64,000 nt of DNA from Longimicrobiales bacterium (GTDB lineage Bacteria > Gemmatimonadota > Gemmatimonadetes > Longimicrobiales > Gaopeijiaceae): the NCBI GenBank assembly GCA_963666095.2, contig OY762557.1, positions 333,567-397,566 of the forward strand, given 5' to 3'. Of the stretch, positions 17,991-27,320 are shown in pieces. The position numbers and the translations under genes were made by a program. How positions within the stretch are numbered: position 1 is the stretch's first letter; each line of letters starts with the position of its first letter. The notes beneath the pieces are model-generated. The model was not told the DNA's origin and ran no database searches. It was given only the letters and a program-made list of their open reading frames with translations.

Positions 17991-20900
17991 CGCGGCCACC
18001 GCGGAATCGGCCGCGCCGGCGTCCACGGCGCGCCGGCGGCGTCCAGCTCGGCCCCCAGCACGGCAAGGTCCTCCTCGACCAGCGCCCTGAGCGCCGCCGA
18101 CATCTCCGCCAGCTGGGCCGACGCCACGGCGTGGCTGTCGCGCTGGGTGGTCGTGGGCGCCGAAGTCGACCGGAACTGCGCGCCCACGATGCGCGAGACG
18201 CGCTGCATGACCGACGGCGGCGCGAACTCGGCCCGGTCGAGCGCGGTGCGGTCCCGCGACAGCACCCTCCGGATCTCGAAGAGGCGGCCCTCGAAGGCGG
18301 CGATGCGGGCCTCGTACGCCGCCGCGTCCAAACCGGGGGCCGCGCGCACCGCGCGGCGCGCCAGGGCCAGCCGCTCCGAGGTCTCCCGCGCCGCGCGGTC
18401 GGTGGCGATCGCGGCCCGCTGCAACGCGGCCACGTCGCGCTGGAAGGCCAGCAGGGCGTTCCGGTCGGCGGCCGCCAGGGTGGCCGTGCCGAGTGGCTTG
18501 ACCGCGAAGGACCGGGGGGCCGTCAGGTCCCGGTATTCGCCATCCCTCACGAGCACCACCCGCGCCGAATACCGGCCCGGCGCCGCCATGGGGCCGTCGG
18601 CCTCGCCGCCGCCGGGCGAAGGCGGCTCCAGCGAAGCGTACCGCAGGTCCCACGCGATGCGGTGGAGGCCGGCGCGGCGGGAGGCGGGGACGCGCCTCAC
18701 CACCTCGCCCGCGCCGTCCGACACCACCACGAACACCTCGGGTGGCCGTTCCATGTCCTCGGCGGCCAGGGCGGCCCGGTCGGGGTACTCGATGTCCTCG
18801 CCCCGCGCGAGCGCCTCCCGCTCCAGCCGCTGCCGCCGTTCCTTCAGCGACTCGTGGCCATCGCGCAGGTGGTAGGTGAAGACGGCCCCGAACGGCGGGT
18901 TCGGCGCGGTGAAGAAGTCGTCGCCCAGCGTCCCCTTCTCCTGCCCGCCGAGCGGCCGCGCCGGGATGTACGCCCACGGGTCCTTCACCTCGAACAGGTG
19001 CGCCTCCCCCGCCGCCACCGCCTCGTCCATCGCCCTCAGCGGCGAGTAGTCGTCCAGGATGTAGAAGCCCCGCCCGAAGGTCGCCAGCACCAGGTCGTCC
19101 TCGCGGCGCTGGATCTCCAGGTCGCGCACGGCGATCGTCGGCAGGCCGCCCCGCAGCCGCACCCACGAACCGCCCCCGTCGCGCGTCGCGAAGAGCCCGA
19201 ACTCGGTCCCCAGGAAGAGCAGGTCCGGGTCGACGTGGTCCTCCGCCAGCGTCCAGCTCGCCTGCCCGTCGGGCAGGTCCCCCGCGACGTTCATCCAGCT
19301 CGCGCCCCGGTCGTCGCTCCGGAGCACGTAGGGCCGGAAGTCCCCCTCCTTGTGGTTGTTGAAGACCACGTACACCCGGTCCGGCTCGTGCCGCGAGGCC
19401 GTCACGTCGGCCACATAGGCCATCGGCGGCACTCCGGGAAACACCTCCTCCCGCCGCCACGCCCCACCCCCGTCCCCGCTCACCTGCACCAGCCCGTCGT
19501 CCGTCCCCACGTACAGCAGCCCCTCCACCAGCGGCGACTCGTCGAACGCCACGATCGTCCCGAACGGCGACGTGAACACGTTCTTCCACACCGCCTCCGG
19601 CGGCCAGATCCGACCCATGACCGGGCGCTGGTTGCGGTCGAGCCCCCGGCTCAGGTCCCCGCTCACCGCCGTCCACGTCTCGGCGCGGTCGTCCGAACGG
19701 AACAGCTTCTGGGCCGCGAACCAGACCCGCCGCGAGTCGTGCGGACTGATGAGCAGCGGAGAGTCCCAGTGCCAGCGCAACGCCCCCTCGCCCGCCTCCG
19801 GCTGGGGCTGGATGTCCAGCTCCTCGCCGCTGGCCCGGTCGTAGCGCACGATCCCCGCGTACTGGGACTGCGTGTAGACGATGTTCGGGTCCTCCGGATC
19901 GACCTGCACCTCGAACCCGTCGCCCCCGTGGGTTATGAACCAGTCGCTGCTGCGGATCCCGTGCACGTTGTCGGTGCGCGACGGCCCGCCCACCGAGGAG
20001 TTGTCCTGCGTGCCGCCGTACACCGTGTAGAAGGGCGACCGGTTGTCGATGCCGACCCGGTAGAACTGGGTCAGCGGCAGGTTGGGGACGTAGCGCCAGG
20101 TGCGGGTGCGGTCGAAGGTCTCGTAGAGGCCGCCGTCGGTGCCGACCAGCATGTAGTCGGGGTCGTCGGGGTCGAAGACGATCGCGTGGTTGTCGACGTG
20201 CTTGAAGCGCGAGTTGACCCGCTCGAAGGTGCGGCCGCCGTCGTCGGTGACGTGCATGAAGACGTCCACCGTGTAGACCCGGTCCATCCGGTGCGGGTCG
20301 GGGTAGAGCTCGCCGTAGTACTGCGGGTCGACGACGATGTAGTCGGACATGCGCACCCACGTCTCGCCCCGGTCGGGGGAGCGGTAGAAGCCGCTGCGGT
20401 CCTCGGTGGCGGCGGGGTTGGCGTAGAGGACGTCGGGGTCGATGGGGGAGACGGCCAGGGCGATGCGGCCCAGGTCGCCGGAGGGGAGGCCCGCGGTGAT
20501 GTCGCGCCAGCTCTCGCCGCCGTCGGTGCTCTTCCAGACGCCGGATTCGGGGCCGCCCGCGACGAGGATGCCGACGTGGCGGCGGCGCTGGAAGGCGACC
20601 GCGTAGAGCACGTCGGGGTCGCGGGGGTCCAGGTGCACGTCGGCGATGCCGGTGTGTTCGCTGATCTCGAGGACGGGGGTCCAGGTGCCGCCGCCGTCGG
20701 TGGTCTTGAAGAGGCCGCGGTCGCCGCCGGGCGCCCAGAGTCCGCCCATGGCCGCCGCGTACACCACGTCCGGGTCGCGGGGATCGATCAGGATCCTGCC
20801 GATGTGTTCCGAGGTGTGAAGTCCGGTGTTGGTCCAGCTGCGTCCGCCGTCCAGGCTCTTGTAGACGCCGTCTCCCCAGCCGACGCTCCGCTGGCTGGTG

Positions 20901-21382
20901 TTCTCTCCCGTCCCGAGCCAGATGACGTTCGAGTCGGTGGGGTCGATGGCGATGGCGCCGGTGGAGTAGGACGGGTGGTCGTCGAAGACGGGGGTCCAGG
21001 TGGTGCCGCGGTTGACGGTCTTCCAGACGTTCGACGAAGCGGTGGCCACGTACCAGACGCTCCGGTTGGCGGGATCGACGGCGATGTCGGCGATGCGGCC
21101 GGACATGAGGGCCGGGCCGATGCCGCGCAGCCGGAGGGAGGAGAGGAGGCCGGCGGTGACCGCGGGCGGGGCGGGAGCGGTGCCGGACTGGGCGTGAAGG
21201 GGGGCGGGAGGGGGGGTCGCGACCGGGGAAAGGGCGACGATGGCCACGATCGCGGCCATTCGGCGGGCGCGGGAGACGGCGGCCGGGCGGGGAGCGGCGG
21301 CGGTCGGGCCGGGAGCGGCCGTCGCGGGGGCTGCGAGCGGCGTTCGCAGAAGGGTGGTGGATGACGCGGGACGGGGCCTCAT
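17987..21382 (-). CDS. BNR/VPS10 (sortilin)-type repeat beta-propeller protein, secreted
   Basis: ORF 17987..21481, trimmed to ATG 21382 (MRPRPASS...). It has multiple SxDxGxTW-type repeats (SLDGGRSW, TTDGGGTW, STDGGESW, TRDGGGSW). Confidence 0.8.
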   Translation of the reverse strand: MRPRPASSTTLLRTPLAAPATAAPGPTAAAPRPAAVSRARRMAAIVAIVALSPVATPPPAPLHAQSGTAPAPPAVTAGLLSSLRLRGIGPALMSGRIADIAVDPANRSVWYVATASSNVWKTVNRGTTWTPVFDDHPSYSTGAIAIDPTDSNVIWLGTGENTSQRSVGWGDGVYKSLDGGRSWTNTGLHTSEHIGRILIDPRDPDVVYAAAMGGLWAPGGDRGLFKTTDGGGTWTPVLEISEHTGIADVHLDPRDPDVLYAVAFQRRRHVGILVAGGPESGVWKSTDGGESWRDITAGLPSGDLGRIALAVSPIDPDVLYANPAATEDRSGFYRSPDRGETWVRMSDYIVVDPQYYGELYPDPHRMDRVYTVDVFMHVTDDGGRTFERVNSRFKHVDNHAIVFDPDDPDYMLVGTDGGLYETFDRTRTWRYVPNLPLTQFYRVGIDNRSPFYTVYGGTQDNSSVGGPSRTDNVHGIRSSDWFITHGGDGFEVQVDPEDPNIVYTQSQYAGIVRYDRASGEELDIQPQPEAGEGALRWHWDSPLLISPHDSRRVWFAAQKLFRSDDRAETWTAVSGDLSRGLDRNQRPVMGRIWPPEAVWKNVFTSPFGTIVAFDESPLVEGLLYVGTDDGLVQVSGDGGGAWRREEVFPGVPPMAYVADVTASRHEPDRVYVVFNNHKEGDFRPYVLRSDDRGASWMNVAGDLPDGQASWTLAEDHVDPDLLFLGTEFGLFATRDGGGSWVRLRGGLPTIAVRDLEIQRREDDLVLATFGRGFYILDDYSPLRAMDEAVAAGEAHLFEVKDPWAYIPARPLGGQEKGTLGDDFFTAPNPPFGAVFTYHLRDGHESLKERRQRLEREALARGEDIEYPDRAALAAEDMERPPEVFVVVSDGAGEVVRRVPASRRAGLHRIAWDLRYASLEPPSPGGGEADGPMAAPGRYSARVVLVRDGEYRDLTAPRSFAVKPLGTATLAAADRNALLAFQRDVAALQRAAIATDRAARETSERLALARRAVRAAPGLDAAAYEARIAAFEGRLFEIRRVLSRDRTALDRAEFAPPSVMQRVSRIVGAQFRSTSAPTTTQRDSHAVASAQLAEMSAALRALVEEDLAVLGAELDAAGAPWTPARPIPRWPR

Positions 21383-21522
21383 GGAGATCCTCGGGTCTGC
21401 GGGAACGGGGATCGTGAAGCTAGGGACTGCGGGTTCGGGGTGCGATCTTGGGTGGACATCTCGCGGGACGACCTCGCCCACTCCGTTCCGCGACGCGACT
21501 CCGGGTGGAGGTGACAGGGACC

Positions 21523-21978
21523 ATGGTCCAGCGGGACTACATCCTGCGCATGATCGAGGAGCTGGGCGCGGCCCTGATCGCGCTCCGCAAGGCGATCTTC
21601 GGGGGGACGGCGGCCGCCGGCTAGGTGGAGGACACGCTGCGCCGGGCGGCCGGCAACGCGGGGATGGACATCGAGCTCGCCCGGGCGGTCTCGGTCGAGT
21701 CCCTTCCGGCCATGGTGGCGCCCACGGGCGAGGTGGAGCCCGGGCGGTGCTGGGTGCTGGCAGAGGCGCTCATGACCGACGGGGTCCACCGGTTGCAGCG
21801 GGGCGAGCCCGCCGCGGCCCGGTCGTCGCTCGCCAAGGCGGCCGCGCTCTTCGAGCTGGTGGGCCCCGGGGAGGCGTTCCTGACGGGATTCCCCGAGGCG
21901 GGGGTGCGGATCGCGGAGATCGAGGGGCTCCTGGCGGAGATCGGGAAGCAGCCCGACGGGGTCGGAGGCGGCTGCTAG
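21523..21978 (+). pseudogene. DUF6483-like hypothetical gene interrupted by an in-frame TAG (21622-21624)
   Basis: ATG 21523 lies 12 nt after GGAGG and gives MVQRDYILRMIEELGAALIALRKAIFGGTAAAG*. The same frame continues as ORF 21625..21978 (21625-21523=102). Confidence 0.5.
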
Positions 21979-23009
21979 TCCCCCAACACCCCCCGCACCA
22001 CCTCCGCCGCCCTCTCCACGTCGGCCGTCGAGACGTCGCGGTGCATGACGGCCCGCACGTCGCGCCGCCCCGACACCAGCATGGCCACGCCCTCCGCCAG
22101 GCACGCGTCCACGAAGTCCCCCGCCCGGCCCGGCACCCTGAAGCGCAGGATGTTCGTCTCGACGTGCTCGCGCACCAGCTCCACCCCCCGGATCCCCGCC
22201 AGGACGTCGGCGAGGCGGCCCGCCTTGGCGTGGTCGAGCGCCAGTCCGTCGCGATGGCGCTCCAAGGCGTGGAGGGCCCCCGCCGCGACGATCCCCGCCT
22301 GCCGGAAGCCGCCCCCGAAGAGCTGCTTGAAGCGGCGCGCCCGCCGCGCGAAGGCGGCCGAGCCGCACAGCGCCGACCCCACCGGCGCGCCCAGCGCCTT
22401 CGAGAAGCACACCGACACGCTGTCGAAGTCGCGCGCGTAGCGGGCCGGAGGCACGCCCGTCGCCGCCGACGCGTTCCAGATGCGGGCGCCGTCGAGGTGG
22501 CAGCGCAGGCCGGCCCGGCGCCCGGCGGCGACCACCGCGTCCAGGGTGTCCAGCGGCCAGACGCTGCCGCCGCCGCCGTTGTGGGTGTTCTCGACGCAGA
22601 GCAGGGTGGCGGGCGGGGCAAGGGTCGTCGGGGACCCCGCGTGGGGCGTCCCCAGCGCGTCCTCGACCTGGGCCGCCGTGAAGATCCCCCGGTCCCCGGC
22701 GATCCGCTGCGCGGTGACCCCCGAGAGCGCCGCCGGTCCGCCTCCCTCGGAGCGCACGACGTGGGACGCGGCGTCCATCAGCACCAGGTCGCCGGACTCG
22801 GTGTGGGAGCGGATCGCCACCTGGTTGGTCATCGAGCCGGTGGGCATGTAGACGGCGTCCTCCTTGCCGAGGAGCTCGGCCACGCGGGACTCGAGTCGCT
22901 TGACGGTGGGGTCGTCGCCGTAGACGTCGTCGCCGACGGGGGCGTTCGCCATGGCCTCGCGCATGGCGGGGCTCGGACGCGTGACGGTGTCGCTGCGCAG
23001 ATCGATCAT
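21975..23009 (-). CDS. ltaE: low-specificity L-threonine aldolase
   Basis: ORF 21975..23009 has MIDLRSDTVTRP, DDVYGDDPT and CFSKALGAP (PLP lysine), at the typical ~344 aa. Confidence 0.85.
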   Translation of the reverse strand: MIDLRSDTVTRPSPAMREAMANAPVGDDVYGDDPTVKRLESRVAELLGKEDAVYMPTGSMTNQVAIRSHTESGDLVLMDAASHVVRSEGGGPAALSGVTAQRIAGDRGIFTAAQVEDALGTPHAGSPTTLAPPATLLCVENTHNGGGGSVWPLDTLDAVVAAGRRAGLRCHLDGARIWNASAATGVPPARYARDFDSVSVCFSKALGAPVGSALCGSAAFARRARRFKQLFGGGFRQAGIVAAGALHALERHRDGLALDHAKAGRLADVLAGIRGVELVREHVETNILRFRVPGRAGDFVDACLAEGVAMLVSGRRDVRAVMHRDVSTADVERAAEVVRGVLGD

Positions 23010-23030
23010 GCGCTACCCTGCCCGAGGCCG

Positions 23031-23061
23031 TGATATCAACATGATATCGTTATGATATCAA
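23031..23061. promoter_or_regulatory. three phased TGATATC repeats (11-bp period) in the ltaE upstream region; possible promoter or operator
   Basis: tgatatc occurs at 23031-23037, 23042-23048 and 23053-23059. The minus strand reads TTGATA-N17-TGATAT, ending ~24 nt before the ltaE ATG (23009). This is an AT-rich islet in a GC-rich background. Confidence 0.4.
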
Positions 23062-23933
23062 GTGGCGAGGCGGCGGTCGGGGCCGCCCGCGTCCGGGGTC
23101 ACGAAGTCGACATCCATCACGTCCTGGACGGGACGATACCCGATCGCGCGGTAGATGCGGTTGGAGGTCGGGTTCGCGAGGTCGGTGTAGAGGACGCAGC
23201 GGCGGAACCCCGAATCGAGGATGTGACGGCTCACCTGCGCGACCAGGGCGCTCGCGTAGCCGCGGCGGCGGTGCTCGGCGGGAGTGTACACGTAGCCGAT
23301 CCGCACCGTGTTGCGGGTGCGCGCGGGAAAGGCCGCCATCGCGACGGGCCGGCGGTCCACCCATAGGGCCAGGAGCCCCGACGCGACCAGGTGGCGGGCA
23401 CGCGCTTCCGGCTCGTGCATGGTGTAGATGCCGGTTGCCTTCACGAACGACCGGATCCAGAACACGACAAGGTCGAGGTCGCCTTCGTTCGCCAGGCGCA
23501 TTTCGCCCGCCGCCCTCGGTGCAGGGGGACGGACCCGCTCGAGGCTGTGGACCCGCTGTCGCGCGCCGTCCACCGCCCGCACCCCCTTGAGCGCCACCCA
23601 GGCCTCCCCGGCGCGACGCGCGACGTCCACCGGCCCCAGGACCGCCGGGAGCGATTCGTAGACCCCGGCCACATCCGAGACGACGAGAGGCGCCGCCTCG
23701 ACGGGCATGCGACTCATTCCGAGCTTGTACGGCGGCGTGCGGAAGGCGCACCCCACGACCTCGCCGCCGCGCTCGACGGTCGCGAAGTACAGCGGCGAGT
23801 CGTAGCCCTGCGCGCCGCGCGAGAGGGAGTCGGCGAGACCCAGGACGAGGTTGTTCTCGGCTTCGCGCTCTAGCAGCCACGGCTCCGCCCGCCGGAGAAA
23901 GTCCGCGGGTCCCTCGCATCGAACGATCCTCAT
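23058..23933 (-). CDS. GNAT-family N-acetyltransferase
   Basis: ORF 23058..23933 has the acetyl-CoA motif EHRRRGYASALVAQV and a C-terminal GNAT fold region. Confidence 0.75.
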   Translation of the reverse strand: MRIVRCEGPADFLRRAEPWLLEREAENNLVLGLADSLSRGAQGYDSPLYFATVERGGEVVGCAFRTPPYKLGMSRMPVEAAPLVVSDVAGVYESLPAVLGPVDVARRAGEAWVALKGVRAVDGARQRVHSLERVRPPAPRAAGEMRLANEGDLDLVVFWIRSFVKATGIYTMHEPEARARHLVASGLLALWVDRRPVAMAAFPARTRNTVRIGYVYTPAEHRRRGYASALVAQVSRHILDSGFRRCVLYTDLANPTSNRIYRAIGYRPVQDVMDVDFVTPDAGGPDRRLAT

Positions 23934-24001
23934 CCCACCGCCGCCTACGGCCCGCTCCGGAGAGAGCGTGCCGCCCGCACTCCGCGTTGCGAAACCCGCG
24001 G

Positions 24002-24718
24002 TCAGCGCCCGTCCTTCCAGTCCCGGTCGTCGCCGCCGATCCTTCTCTGCCCTTCGGATCGATCCGCGAAGACGGACTTGAAGAGCGCGCCGAACCCCGT
24101 GTACCCGACCGTCATGCTGATATGAAGGTCGTGCACCACCCCGAAGTCCAGTATCTCTCCGTAGTAGTCGCCGACCTCCATGACGAGCAGGAAGCGCTTC
24201 ACGGGCACCTCGATCCCGACCCCGGCGTGCAGGGCCAGCCGCCGCGCACCCATGACGAAGGGAACGGGGAAGAAGACGACGTCGGATCCCGCGGCGGCAA
24301 AGGTCCTGAATCCGCCGCCCGCGAAGACGTAGGGCAGCGCCTCGGAGTGACGGACCGGATAGAGGACGAAGTCCGCGATCACCGACTGGTATGCCTCGAT
24401 GCCGTTGGCTTCCGGGGACCGCAGCGGCGAAGCCGCATCGTCCCAGCCGGCGGTACGCTCAAGCAGGAACCGGGCGCCGTACCGGGAGAAGGCAGGTCGC
24501 ACCAGCACCTCGACGCCCGCCAGGGGGCGCTTGGGCAGCGCCCGGCCGGCCGCTTCCCAGCGAGGCGCGAGATACCCGCCCCTGAGCCGGGCCGTCACCT
24601 GCCAGGGGTGGGTGAGCTCCTCCTGCGGGTCGGGGACCTGAGCCGCGAGCGGGGGGCTCGGCAACACGCACGCCAGCGCAACCCCCAGCGGGACGCCGGA
24701 TCGGAGCAGGGTCTTCAT
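24002..24718 (-). CDS. putative outer-membrane beta-barrel protein
   Basis: ORF 24002..24718 has the signal peptide MKTLLRSGVPLGVALACVLPSPPLAAQ and an alternating hydrophobic pattern with aromatic residues. Confidence 0.6.
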   Translation of the reverse strand: MKTLLRSGVPLGVALACVLPSPPLAAQVPDPQEELTHPWQVTARLRGGYLAPRWEAAGRALPKRPLAGVEVLVRPAFSRYGARFLLERTAGWDDAASPLRSPEANGIEAYQSVIADFVLYPVRHSEALPYVFAGGGFRTFAAAGSDVVFFPVPFVMGARRLALHAGVGIEVPVKRFLLVMEVGDYYGEILDFGVVHDLHISMTVGYTGFGALFKSVFADRSEGQRRIGGDDRDWKDGR

Positions 24719-24908
24719 CTCGCTACCTCCTTGCAGGTCGACCGCATCGGCTCTCCCGACGCAACGCGGGTTCCGTCACCGGACCGCCTCCTTCCCTTAC
24801 ACTGGCGTCTCGCTGCCAAGCTGCGCAAGCCCGGCCCCGGATTCAATCGGCTGGGGACGCGCCGGACGGACGCCGCGGCGACCGGAGCCGAACGGGACGG
24901 CCCGGGCG

Positions 24909-26144
24909 TCAGCTTGGCGGCACCAGCCTCCGCCCCACGACATAGTTGATGTCCAGCTCGTCCCTCCGGACGCCCCAGACGTGGGTGTCGGTCATGTCCC
25001 AGAAGATGACGGACTCGGGCAGGAGAACCCGGCGCGGAGGAGACTCTCGGTCATTCCGTTCGATGGCATACCAGACTCTCAGCGTGTCCACCCGCTCGAG
25101 ACTCTTCAGCCAGATGTGCCGGCCCGTCGACGCCAGGAGGAAATAGTCGAGCGCGGGCAGGTACTCGGGCGCGTACAGCGCGTCCTCGACCAGCTTGCGC
25201 GGAGAGTGCCCCCGGAACTCCTCGGGGCTTTCGGTCCGATCCAGCGTCTCCGCATGCCCGTCGATGGCCTCGTCCAGCATGGGACGCGTCAGCCGCAGCG
25301 GGTCGAAGCTCACCCGGCGGCGCCAGATCGTGTCGCCCCCGGCGCTGATTTCCAGAAACTCCGCCTCGCCCGGCTCCAGGTAGTCGCGGGACAGACGCGC
25401 GAGCATCACCGTGCCGGCGCCCCGGTCCAGCCGGTACTGGTCCGCCGCCGCAAACGGCTGGCCCACGATGTAGAATCCATCATTCAAGGTGATCCCCAGT
25501 CCACCGTTCCTTTTGTTGATCCAAGCCACAGTCTCCTGCGACCAGCCAGCGTCGGACTCCCATACCCGCAGGACCGGCTCGCGGTCGATTGGGTCATCGC
25601 CCCACAAACCCAGTTCATAGGTGGCCGGAATCCCCGGATCCCCCAGGAAACTGCCGTCGTCGAGGATGGCTCCCACATTGATCGGGAATCCCTGGTAGCT
25701 GACGAGCGTGGGCGGGTTGGGCACCGTTCGGAGCAGTGTGCCGTTGTACGCGAAGAACGTGAAGCGTACCTGGTCGCGCACATAGAACCCGGACTCCCAA
25801 GCGTGAACCCGATAGGGAAGCATGAAGTCGCCGGGGCCCTCGCCGGCCCTGCCCAGATCCAGCAGCAGCGTGCCGTCGGGCGTCCACACCGAGGCGCGGG
25901 CCCGGTTGGGCTCCAGCACGAAGACGCGCTCCCCGTCCGGACCGGCCCTCACCTGCCCCACCATCCCGAACGCGGCGTCGCCCCTCACGGCGTCGCCGAT
26001 TTCGTAGTCGGGTTCGGAAAGCCACTCCGGTTGGGCTTCGCTCTTGGGTCCCGCCGGGGGGCGGTCGGCGCACGCCAACCACAGCGGGAGCGCCAGGAGG
26101 GCAGAGCACCTTGCGAACAAGATGGAATAGCCGCCCACACCCAT
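24909..26144 (-). CDS. 6-bladed beta-propeller family lipoprotein (paralogue 2)
   Basis: ORF 24909..26237, trimmed to ATG 26144 (MGVGGYSILFARCSALLALPLWLAC). It has the motif GRAGEGPGDF and the C-terminus HVWGVRRDELDINYVVGRRL. Confidence 0.7.
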   Translation of the reverse strand: MGVGGYSILFARCSALLALPLWLACADRPPAGPKSEAQPEWLSEPDYEIGDAVRGDAAFGMVGQVRAGPDGERVFVLEPNRARASVWTPDGTLLLDLGRAGEGPGDFMLPYRVHAWESGFYVRDQVRFTFFAYNGTLLRTVPNPPTLVSYQGFPINVGAILDDGSFLGDPGIPATYELGLWGDDPIDREPVLRVWESDAGWSQETVAWINKRNGGLGITLNDGFYIVGQPFAAADQYRLDRGAGTVMLARLSRDYLEPGEAEFLEISAGGDTIWRRRVSFDPLRLTRPMLDEAIDGHAETLDRTESPEEFRGHSPRKLVEDALYAPEYLPALDYFLLASTGRHIWLKSLERVDTLRVWYAIERNDRESPPRRVLLPESVIFWDMTDTHVWGVRRDELDINYVVGRRLVPPS

Positions 26145-26339
26145 GAGGGGACGGGCGACCTCGGCAACGGCCGCGCGGGCGACCACCGTCAGGCGGCACT
26201 TGTTTCGCACCACCAGGAACAGCTTTTGGATCGTCATGATTCGTCTCCTCTCCGGGAGTCTGCCGGTGTCGTCCGCGACTGTCCAGTCCCGAATGCTCGA
26301 AAGATGCCACCGCCGGCCGGCCTCGGACTGCCGGCCCGC

Positions 26340-27209
26340 TCAATCCAGCGTGAACATCCCGTTGAGCTTCGTCCTTCCTACCAGCCGGTATCCCCTGGCC
26401 GTGATCCAGGACTCCAGCTCGTGGGACCAGCCTTCGCGCCCGGCCGGCCGGTGCGCCAGCTCCACGATCATGCGGCGCGGCCACCGGCTCCTCGGCGCCG
26501 CCTCGATGTAGGGCCGGATCACCTCGCCTTCGCGTCCCTCCACATCCACCTTGAGGCAGTCGATGCGCTCCAGCCCGGCCCCGGCCGCCACATCGGCGAG
26601 CGTGACCACCCTGACCGGCACGTTGGCCCGTTTCGCGTCGGCCGCCCCGCCCCCACCCCGCGCGGCCAGCCGGTTCTCCCCCGAATTGCGCGACCCCAGC
26701 ACGAGCGTTCCCTCGCCCCGGTACGCTGAAACGGCCGCCTCGACCACGCGCATCCGCTCGCCGGCCCCGTTGATCCGCACGTTGTAGCGCAGCTGGCGCG
26801 CGAGCGCGGGGTCCGGCTCGACCGCGACGACCCGCGCCCCTTCGCCCGCCAGCGACAGGACCCAGAAGGAGTAGGCGCCCACGTTGGCGCCCACGTCCAC
26901 GAAGGCGAAGCCCGGCTCGATCCACCCGCGCAGCGTTCTCCGCTCCGCCCGGTCCCAGGAACGCGGCAGGAAGAGGATCCTCGCCTCCGAGACGGAACGG
27001 TCGGGGTGGAGGCGCAGCCGAAGCCGCCAGAGTCGCGTGTCGACGGGGCCGCGAAGCCGGCGCCGCGCGAGGCGCCTGGCGAGAAGGGCAAGCCGGCTCC
27101 AGGGCCATCCGCCCGGGAGGAACCGGGACACCCCCAGCCAGAATCCGGCCCGGCCGGACGGGCTATGGCGTCCCCACGGGCTTGCGGCGTCGAAGGGGTC
27201 ATCGGTCAT
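26340..27209 (-). CDS. FkbM-family methyltransferase
   Basis: Last 289 codons of ORF 26340..27761 from ATG 27209. SAM motif is FVDVGANVGAYS, followed by CLKVDVEG. Confidence 0.75.
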   Translation of the reverse strand: MTDDPFDAASPWGRHSPSGRAGFWLGVSRFLPGGWPWSRLALLARRLARRRLRGPVDTRLWRLRLRLHPDRSVSEARILFLPRSWDRAERRTLRGWIEPGFAFVDVGANVGAYSFWVLSLAGEGARVVAVEPDPALARQLRYNVRINGAGERMRVVEAAVSAYRGEGTLVLGSRNSGENRLAARGGGGAADAKRANVPVRVVTLADVAAGAGLERIDCLKVDVEGREGEVIRPYIEAAPRSRWPRRMIVELAHRPAGREGWSHELESWITARGYRLVGRTKLNGMFTLD

Positions 27210-27320
27210 GCGGGCGTCTTCGCGAGCATCTGTTCCGTCGGCGGGCGAGGGTTCGCGTCCGTCGCGGACGGCGTTATCGTACCGTTCACGACCCGTCCTC
27301 AACAGGCAACGCCCGCTTCC

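Noticed and set aside
18131-21364. The 1077-aa plus-strand ORF, together with the long minus-strand frame 16722..20360 upstream of nt 17990.
   Set aside because: These are shadow frames of the BNR/VPS10 gene. They are R/G/P/V/H-rich with low complexity and no recognisable domains, which is typical of ~70% GC DNA.
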